In this document: piece after piece, positions 55,149 to 64,000 of the stretch
How the letters are laid out: each line of letters starts with the position of its first letter
Numbering within the stretch: position 1 is the first letter of the stretch
NCBI GenBank assembly: GCA_051294375.1
Contig: CM119271.1
Coordinates: 6,003,991 to 6,067,990 of the forward strand
Reading direction: 5' to 3'
Length of the DNA: 64,000 bases
Origin: Paraspadella gotoi
Taxonomy: Eukaryota; Animalia; Chaetognatha
Notes under the pieces: model-generated
Databases searched by the model: none
The model's input: only the letters and a program-made list of their open reading frames with translations
What the model was told of the DNA's origin: nothing
Position numbers and translations under genes: made by a program

Positions 55149-58100
55149 CTGCACGACCGCATGGAAAAAGGAAAGTACGAACACGAGAGATGGAAATCCT
55201 GGATGCGGACACATTCCAGACTGACGAAAAGTAAAACAATGAACGGTTATTCCAAGGTGTTGCGCCGCATTACTTTTTTTTTACTTATCATGTCATTTAT
55301 TCCTTATAGTTTATAAGATTTCTTTAAAAATAAAAGGCGGCGCCATTAGTCGCTTAGATTTGTTTTTAACGTAAGTGGGACAGACCGATGGACAGACGGA
55401 CCGATCGATCGAAAAGTGACTTATAGAGTTGCTCCGCGAGTACTCGCGGCGCAACTAAAAAAACTTAAGACAATATTTAAAAGTGGAACCGACATTTCAG
55501 ATGGCGCGAATATTGTTACAAAAAAAAATCTGTTTTTAGTTTATTTCGAGTTTAAACAAAGATGGCGACGCCTACTCACGATGTTGGGCGGGATTCTAGT
55601 GTAGGTGGCACGGAGGTTGAGCTTCAACCCGTTCGGAGGCTCAGTTACGACCTTCAGCGATCTGAATATTGGCAGTGAGATTTATCTGTCTTTTTTATAT
55701 TTTCACGCCGCCGTTCGTTGACTTTTAGTTAGTCATTCACACAAGTTTACATTTCACAAGTAATCACTACCTCTGCAAAATCCCGATAGGAAACGCGGGG
55801 GTTGGATCTGTCGTCAGCCACAAGCGAAAATCGGGATGCGGCTTCGCCAATTTCTCCAGCACCTTCTCCAGCTCCTTTAGCCACTTGACGAGCAAATGGC
55901 AATTTTGCAGCATCAACCAGTGGCCGCGAGAGATAGCCGTCTCCAACAGTTGCAGGGCAACCTTCTCCTGACCTGCACGGCGCATGGTCCGAGTTATTTA
56001 ACGTTATCAGATTAATTTATTTTTTAAATTTTTTTTATTTTCAATCAATCAATCACCCTGTCCATTTTCAATCAATCAATCACCCTGTCCCATAGAGAGG
56101 AGCTTGAGTCTGTTTCCGCCGAAGCCGCTTCGCTCGGCCAGCTTGATGAGTTCGGAAGCGGGATCGGAGCCCGGGGACAGGATGAAGACGATCGGAGAGA
56201 AGGGCGTGCTCTGTTCCAGAATGTTCTGTAGCGGGGGGGGGGAGGTATTTGAAAGAATAGGGTTGAATTTATGGAAAAATTATGGACGCAAACGCATGCT
56301 CAATTTTAATCAATTGCTCATGCATGATTAAACTTTAGGATGAGAGCAACTTTATTTTTTGGCTCAGTCGGAAAGAAGTTACAAAGACTTTCTCTATCTC
56401 GTATCGCTCTGCACCGCTTAACCTTAATTTCCACAATCCACGCTCATCACCTCGAAGGAGACGACCGGCGGCATGACGTATTTCTCGCTCATTCGTTTCG
56501 TCACGTAATCGGAGATGGCGCGGTAGACGCGATCCACTCGCCAACAACGCAGCATCATCAGTTGGGAAAAATCGTCGAGTTCGCTGGAAAAATTCACGTT
56601 CGCCTCAGACATGATAATGATTATTTTTAATAATAAATATTTTTTTTTTAATTTTAAAGTTCTAAAGGTTAAATATGAACAATGTTCTATACAGCTATAT
56701 TATTTTATTATTTTATAAATAGAAATATATTTTTCTAAATCGTCGTATTGGGCTATATTAATTTAAAATACTGGGACTGGGACTGTAAAACGTCCCAAAT
56801 TTTATGGTTCAAAAAAATTAGCATGGTGTGGACGAACGACGAACGACTCTCCGTTGTAAAACCGTTGACCTTGTAAATACCTTTGTTTTAGACTTTTATT
56901 GTTATTGTTTGTAACCTCATATTGAAGAATAAATTCATTTTAATCTGAAAAATCGTTGCGTCTACAAAGGCATATTTAATTAGTTAATGAAATAAAATAT
57001 AAATCATCTTTTCTAAACTTTTGCATTTTGGTTTAGAGTTAAATTAATATCAAAAGTAAATTTTCATGACCTTTTCATAGTCTAGATTGTGAAACTGAAA
57101 TATAAAATAGGGAAGATCAAACTCACTCGTATCCGCATGGAAACGGGATCGACTCGGGACTGTCCGACTCGTACCACTCCCGCCACTCGGCCTCGTTCCA
57201 CGTGATGTCGTCCAACAACTTCTGAAACGAGTCCGGGAAATCCTCGTGCAGCTGGACCAGGTCCTCCCATCCTTGTTCGGGGATCCACGAGTGGGGGCGG
57301 GACTGAAGAGTTCGAGATCGATCGGGGGATCGGAATTAGCGGGAAAAGAATAAATATTCGCGAAATAGCATTCCTCTCCCTTAAAATCCTTTAATATCTT
57401 TGTTCTGTTTTCCCTAACGTATTTTCCTTATTAAATTTACAGACAGATAGCGAAAGCTTCGATCCAAGTTACGGATAGCCGCGTCTTAAAACACCATACT
57501 AATTCGAATAAAAAATATTATTCCCTACCTTGGGACTCTTCTCCAAAGCGATGCTGCCTTTGATGAAAAAGTCGATTTGCGACTGTGTCACGTGACCCTC
57601 GTTCTTTTCCAGATTCAACGTGATTTGAAGAGAGAACAACAGTTTGTGACGCTCGAAAATTCCTTGAAAGAGGGAAAAGGTTAAGGGGAGAGGCGAAAGC
57701 TTTCTTCGCCGCGTCGCGAGACTTACCCGTGCAACCGTAATTGTAAACGTTGTAAGTGAGGGTGTCCATGATGTTCTTGATTCTCTTGGGTACGTAGGTG
57801 TCGGGAACGGAACGTCGCAGCGAGATTTCGAAGACGCCCAGGTAGGAACCCAGGGAATACTGTATAAGTGTATACTGTGTATAAGTGTATACTGTATAGT
57901 GTATATAATGTATAGTTTATTATGTATGAAATTTTTTTTTCCGGTTTTTGTTTGATTATAATCAGAATATAATCTACAGATACAAATTGAGATTTGAATT
58001 GAACCATGAAAAAATTAATAAAAATCGGCCAACACACTAAAATTAATTAAAAAAAAAAAAAAGCACCTTATTGCCAAAAAGAAAAAAACATCCTCGCCTG

Positions 58101-60010
58101 ATACATCGTGTTGATGCTGGCCATCTCAGCCAGAACGAAAAACAAAATGGCGCCTCGTCTGGCGGCCAATCGATATCCGTCCCGCAATCTGTCGATGTCA
58201 ATCGCGGTCTTGGAGGCCAGCTTCAGTTTCTCCATCACCTAAAGGGACGCGTGCTTTGATGTTGTTATTGTAGGTGTGTTTTGTTATGGTTAACTGTTGA
58301 TGTTGTTAACTTTTGCTTTTATTAGCTATTGTTTGTTGTTGTTTTGTTATGGAGTTACTGCATTTTTCATTGTTGTTCTTGTTGATTACTGTAGGTTGTT
58401 GTTATAGTTTGTTTTTGTGCGTGTGTTTTGTTGCTGTTGTTTGCTTGTTTTTTTTTGTTGTTGTTGTTAGTGTCGTGGTGGCGCAAATGGCGACCCATCA
58501 CCTCAGCGGCCTTCGTCTTCGTCTCCTCCAACGTTTCCACGAGCTCCACGTTGTCCAACATGTTTCCGGTCGACGTCGCCAACTCTCGCAACAACGCGTC
58601 CTCCAATTCCTTCAGCAGAGCCTTGTTCGCGCTTGAAAAGGGGGGGAAGGGGAAGAATGGGAACGAGTGAATTTTGAAGAAGTCAACCTTTTGAATAAGT
58701 AAAAAATAATGTGACCTATTGAAGTTAAATCAATAATACGCAAGAGTAAAGATGTCAATAATGTGAATAAGTAAGAATAGAATATTGTGAATATAAAAAT
58801 GGAAATTAGGTTTGGATAAGATACAATATAAAAGGATGTATTGAAAAAAAAAAAGGAAGCAACATAAAAAATTAGGAAGAAATGAGGACTTTACCGTCTA
58901 AGAAAAGATAGAAAAACTACTCCAAAGATAAACAAACAAAAATGCAATGAGAAAAAAAAAAACCCTCCAAAGACCTGGTCTCCTGAATCAACTTCTCCCT
59001 CGTCTCTTCTAACTCTCTCCTCTCGATCCCAACGATGACGCTGAGCAGCTGATCCTCCAGACCTTTCAGCGTCACTGTGTAATTAATGACCATCGACTTG
59101 CCGAACACGGTGGGCGTGTACTTGGGGTTGGGGAGTTTGGAGTTGAGGTACAAGCGGAAGTTCGGGTCGTAGTCGACTTCTTTGTCGCCAAGGAGGATGT
59201 ATTCACGTCCGGCGGCGCCTAGGAAATGGAAGGGGGGGGGAGATATCAAGGGTTTAAATCTTACGGCTGCCACCAAGTGGAGACTTTAAATCAACTACTG
59301 TCACTACGAAGGGGTAGACAATCGCCAAAGACAAATATCTATTTTATTATTACAGCCCCACAATAAAATATTACGATTCCTGATAATATTCTCAGTCAAA
59401 CTCGCCTTTAATGTTCTTCTCGAGAACGTTGTCAATAACCGGGTCTATGTATTCGTCGACGTCTTGGAAGAGACAAGGGAACCCGTACTTGATTGACATC
59501 TCCAATTGTTTGATAAAGTCGGAGTCGTTGAAGGTCACCACCTGATGAGTGGGAACACGTGTTAGGGATAGAAGATTTTAACCAGAAACACAAAACAGTT
59601 GAAACAGTTGACAAATATTATACCTTTTCGTTGATGAGTAAGCTTAACATACTAAGGATGAGTAAAATTTCATATTGGTTTTTCCAATCTCATTGACCGA
59701 CAGTCTCAAAGTGTGAGAACGTAATAAATCATATCACGCTAGCCTCGAAACCGTTTAATTGCTACTTTTTGCAATCTCAGATCGACAAATTTGGAATTTA
59801 TCAAGAACTCGCCTTGAGATTGTGCTCTTCCTCCCTTCGCTTGATCCAATTCAAGGCCTGCTGCTGCGGATCAATGCAGAGCGGCGAACGTGACGCTCTC
59901 ATCGTCAAAATCCCGTTTTGAACGGAAAGCTCATCGGGGGGGAGACCTTCTGAGTTCCATCTGAATAAAGATTATGGAGTATGGTTTCCATATTCTCTTT
60001 CTCTTTCTCT

Positions 60011-60064
<54 letters not shown>

Positions 60065-62450
60065 TGCTGATCTCCACTTCGTTCGTCAAGAGGTCCTCCA
60101 CCCTGAAGGGGTGCGACAAAGGTATCGCTCTTTCCTTTGCGTCGTTCTCCCATTCTTCCCTGAGGAGGGAGTGGCGATACTCCCAGGAGAACGCCCCGAG
60201 GTAAGATAGGAATCCGGCGCAGAGAAGGCAGTCGCCTAGAAGGCGAATGCGCATCGAGCGTAATTCGGCAAGGTCTACTTTCCATCTGAAGAGGAAGTGG
60301 AAAACAATAGGCTAACGTGGGGATTATATTTTAATGTATATTAACTTCCACATTGTTTCTTTCGTGTTTTGTGATTTTTATTTTTATAAGTCAACAAATT
60401 TAACAGTCTCAACTTATTTTTTGCCCAAATTATTTACATTCGTTTTCTATAGTTTAATTTATCTCAATGCTTCATCGCACTTTTAAATAAATACAAATAC
60501 AAATATTTGTTAATGTATTCTCTCTTTATTAACCATTTTTCACCACCGGGCGCCTTCCGAACTACAGACCCCGATTCAGCTTTCCGCGGCGATGGCGCGA
60601 CGCTCCATTAGGTCGGCCTCTCCTGGAGCTTATCCGCCTCCAGCATTGGCGTTCGTACTTTTCGCCCAACAGCCCTCAGCTGCTCTTCGATTTTGTATCG
60701 TTTCTTAGCGTCAACGATAATAGAAAATAATAAGAAAACTTAAAAATATCCGATATGGTTTGCAGATTTTTCGTACTTATAATGGTGAAAATAAAGGGCG
60801 AACCCGAAAACAAACTACATACGTATTCAAAAGAACAGAAAATTTAACGATACTGTCAATAACTTACTACAATATGCAAATGAGCATGACGACCTTAGTT
60901 AAGCTCATTCTGACATTAAACCCAAAATCGCTTGCAATATATAACCGAGAAGACCTCATTTGCTTTTACAAGTCTTCTGAATTTGTAAAATGCTCTTGAC
61001 AACAAAAACAACAAAGAAAGAAAAAAAAACTAACCGGCGATGACTTTGTCAAGATCTTTTTCTTGTTTTGCGCGGAAAGTTTTCTCCAGCGCGGCCACCT
61101 TCATCTTCTATCGGCTGACCTCCTTGTAGACGGCGCACAGTTATCCATCACCGCCACCACGAACGAGCAGTCCTCCGCCGGCTTTCGAGATGACCGTCAC
61201 TTCCTCCACGGTATGGCTAAGCCCATCGAAGTCGATTTGATTTTGAGATCGTCGAGAGAAGGACGAGATTGGCTGGGAAATCATTCAATAAACTTATTTT
61301 TTGAGAATAAGTTTAAGTTATAAGGAATGACCCTTTTAAAGCGTTGTACTTCAATGACCGACAGAGTTTAGACGGCATATTTGTTTTCTAGGAGCCTCAC
61401 TTTCAGCCTCGTTAGCATAATATTTCTTATTTTATAAAAAACTAGGATTTGTGTTTCGACTTTCTTTTCGTTGCGTTTAAATTTTTCAATAAAAATCGTT
61501 GTTTCTTACAAAAAAACGAGGATGAAAACAATTTTTTTACTTTCATAACAAAAATGAAAGATAAGCATAAAAAGCGTCTCTTCGTATAACAGCTTGTATA
61601 ACATTATATAACATGTATAACATTATCAATGCGCATTTAAATATAAGTGGGAAAGACAGACTGATAAAGTGATAAAGCGACAGCAAACTAAATAGACCAA
61701 ACGCATTTTTGAGCGAGTTAGCCGTTTAAGTAACCAAGTATGATATAACCAATCCCACTAAAAATACTAGGAAATTAATATCACTTTTAACAGTCTTTTG
61801 TTGAGCCTGAGTAATCGCGTCGCAGTCCATCTCCTTCAATTCCTTCAAAAAATTTACGTCCGCCATGAGACCCTTCGCCGATTTCCAGGAAATGTCTTTT
61901 AAACTAGAAATTTATGAGAGAAGAGTAATGAGTAATACTCATTAGTCATTAGTCAGTTAGTATATGAGACAGAGAGAGAGAGAGAGAGGCAGTAAAAAAA
62001 AACATTCAGATACCGAAGATCGATTTCAACTACTAATAATCCACGCCTTACCCCAATTCCCTCCCACTCACTCACCCTTTCAACGCGACCACGCATTCGC
62101 AGACTTTCTCCACGGCCTTGGGCGGCTTCGCGAAACTCCGGATCTCCGTGATGTCGGACTTTTCGAGATTGTCCAGCGCCCGCGCCGCCTCCTCCAGCGC
62201 CGGAAGCGCCTCCGCCAGTGCCTCCTCCGCGTCCGCCTGACAAGAGACTCGAATGATCGAAAGACGACGACGATCACAACGGAACACTTCCCCTTCGCCC
62301 CATCCCTCTCTCTCACCTTCTCGACGTTGATCTCCCTGGAAAAGACGATGATCTCTCTCTCCTTTTGATTCGCGGCCGCCTTCTTCTCCGTGGCTATTTT
62401 GGTCCCCGCCACGATCTCGCCCAGCAGCAGTTCGCAAGCCTTCGATTTTT
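45722..62450 (-). CDS. DNAH10: Axonemal inner-arm dynein heavy chain 10, 3' portion (stalk, AAA5, AAA6, C-terminus; about 28 exons); 5' part lies beyond the window
   Basis: [65 protein letters not shown]...[57 protein letters not shown], terminal [13 protein letters not shown]...HWILQG; some exons (~60545-60700, ~46690-46835, last exon) have indels likely due to sequence error. Confidence 0.93.
48296..48560 (+). mobile_element. Solo 265-bp LTR-like unit with tRNA head and twister ribozyme
   Basis: Imperfect inverted termini TGTGGCGA...TTGCCATA, flanking AAAC duplication (could be read as ATAAAAC), A-box-like CAGCTAAGTAG 48362-48372, B box GGTTCGATCCC 48403-48413. Confidence 0.85.
48425..48507 (+). 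ncRNA. Twister ribozyme, type P5
   Basis: GCUGGU UAAA GUGU GA UGG UGUCGGCA UAA ACAC GC C[P3]G CAGG UCCAAAGC CCUG AGU GCCAGC: P5, P2, P4, T1 (UGG/CCA) and T2 (GC/GC) all pair; predicted cut 48452/48453. Confidence 0.85.
51312..52588 (+). CDS. Nested Ly6/uPAR three-finger (quiver-like) protein, 4 coding exons (51312-51428, 51552-51614, 52017-52134, 52455-52588), 143 aa
   Basis: Signal peptide [22 protein letters not shown], 10 cysteines from MKCW to [12 protein letters not shown], hydrophobic GPI-type tail; all junctions GT-AG and in phase. Confidence 0.85.
55362..55462 (+). mobile_element. Helentron/DINE-1-like non-autonomous element 3' end
   Basis: gacagac repeats, aaagtgacttatag, palindrome agttgctccgcgagtactcgcggcgcaact, poly-A. 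Confidence 0.55.
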
Positions 62451-63099
62451 CTGACCGAGACAAACGTCGTTGTCATTCTTATCAATAAATGTTTAGTACT
62501 TTTTTTTTTATCACTAAGATTTTTCGAAGATTTTTTACGTATATCGTACATATATATATATCGTTTACAAGATTCTAAATGATTTCAATAAAGATGAGTA
62601 ATGCTCTCCAGCATGGTTGAAAACAAAAAGATGTGGCACAGCTTAAAGCTGCTCAGCTGGCTGTCCGTCCCTCAGGCCCTCGTCTCAATGGTGAGCAGGC
62701 TAAATCTATTATATCCGATCCTGCGTTGCGTCGGTTAAATCCCTGGGTATTCGCGTTCTGGCTTAAATGTGACGGTGCGGTATGGAAATGCAGTGACAGG
62801 AGCGGTGCAGGTAGGGTCCGCAGCCCTACGCCAGTGGTGAGATACGGCCTGGCCCACGCGGTATCACAGGCTATCCTCCCGTTGCCCATAATATAATATA
62901 TATATATCGTTTACAAGATTCTAAATGATTTCAATAAAAGATGAGTAATCTCTACCAGATGGTTGGAAAACAAAGAGTGTGGCAGCAAGACTAAAGCTGC
63001 CTCACTGCTGTCCGTCCTCAGCTCGTCTCAATGCGTAGCAGGCCTAAATCATCTCATTCCATCCGTGCGTCCCGGGTTCAATCCCTGGTATCCCGGTTT

Positions 63100-63180
63100 C
63101 TGGCTTAAATGTGACGGTGCCGGTATAAACATGCCAGTGACAGGAGGCGGTTCACTGAGGGTCCGCAGCCCCTACGCCAG
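63100..63180 (+). ncRNA. Twister ribozyme, type P5 (array unit 2)
   Basis: CUGGC UUAA AUGU GA CGG UGCCGGUA UAA ACAU GC C[P3]G AGGG UCCGCAGC CCCU AC GCCAG; predicted cut 63126/63127. Confidence 0.85.
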
Positions 63181-63443
63181 TTGGTGAGATACCCCGCGCC
63201 CCGGTATCACAGGCTATCCTCCGTTGCCATAATATTATATATATATATCGTTTACCAGATTCTAAATGATTTCAATAATAAGACGAGTAATCTCTACCAG
63301 ATGGTTGGAAAACAAAAGAGTGTGGCAGCAAGACTTAAAGCTGCCTACTGCTGTCCGTCCTCAGCCTCGTCTCAATGGCTGAGCAGGCTAAATCATCTCA
63401 TTCCATCCGTGCGTCCGGGTTCAATCCCCGGGTATCCCGTGTT

Positions 63444-63524
63444 CTGGCTTAAATGTGACGGTGCCGGTAATAAACATGCCAGTGACAGGAGGCGGTCACT
63501 GAGGGTCCGCAGCCCCTACGCCAG
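63444..63524 (+). ncRNA. Twister ribozyme, type P5 (array unit 3)
   Basis: As unit 2 with perfect P3 CAGUGAC/GUCACUG and one extra A next to P1; units 1 (62758-62834) and 4 (~63810-63892) are noisier. Confidence 0.75.
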
Positions 63525-64000
63525 TTTGTAGATACCGCGCCCCGGGTATCACAGGCTATCCTCCCGTTCCATAAATATGATATATATATATATCGTTACA
63601 AATTCTAATGATTTTCAATAAAAGACGAGTAATCTCTACCAGATTGGTTGGAAGACAAAAGAGTGTGCAGCAAGACTTAAAGCTGTCCTCACTGCGTCCG
63701 TCCCAGCCTTCGTGCTCAATGGGTTGCTGGCTTCAGCAGCGCTCATATCATCTCATTCCGATTTCCGTGCGCGTCTCCGGGTTCATCCCGCGGGCTATCC
63801 CGGGTTCTCGGCTTAAATGTGACGGTTGCCGGGTCTACAAACATGCCAGTGACAGGAGGCGGTCACTGACGGTCCCGCAGCCCCTACGCCGAGTTGGTTG
63901 TATATTATCTTTCCCTGCCTTCTGGGTATCTACAGGCTAGTCCTCTTGTTGTTGCCATAAATTATATTATATATATCGTTTACATAGATTTCTAAATTGA

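Larger units (their letters stand above)
62550..64000 (+). repeat. ~345 bp tandem array (4 units plus start of a fifth), each a ~90 bp AT-rich spacer plus a ~255 bp tRNA-head/twister unit
   Basis: tcgtttac recurs at 62561, 62907, 63248, ~63593, 63976; units run TGTGGCAG...TTGCCATA starting at 62632, 62978, 63321, ~63664. Confidence 0.93.

Noticed and set aside
56039-56093. 27-bp tandem duplication copying a dynein donor site
   Set aside because: Use of the second donor would introduce a stop; likely neutral.

Overview
AT-rich, intron-rich invertebrate (protostome-like) genomic DNA with abundant (AG)n microsatellites, five N gaps and three large error-rich duplications that look partly like assembly artefacts. 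Protein genes: a minus-strand gene splicing a hydrophobic leader and an EGF module in frame onto a PEBP domain (runs off the left edge); 3' exons of an unidentified gene; an LC3C-type ATG8; a complete 7-exon cytoplasmic intermediate filament gene with a lamin-tail domain; the 3' part of axonemal dynein heavy chain 10 with three GC-AG introns; and a 4-exon Ly6/three-finger gene nested antisense in a dynein intron. The main discovery is a family of small non-coding retroelements whose 200-265 bp LTR-like units each carry a tRNA-derived Pol III head followed by a circularly permuted (type P5) twister ribozyme fold with covarying stems and a palindromic P1. They occur as a complete two-LTR miniature element with PBS-like site, PPT and 4-bp TSD (25762-26415), as solo units (30089-30290, 48296-48560) and as a ~345 bp tandem array (62550-64000), i.e. 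candidate twister-based retrozymes. All calls were made by eye; no searches or folding programs were run.
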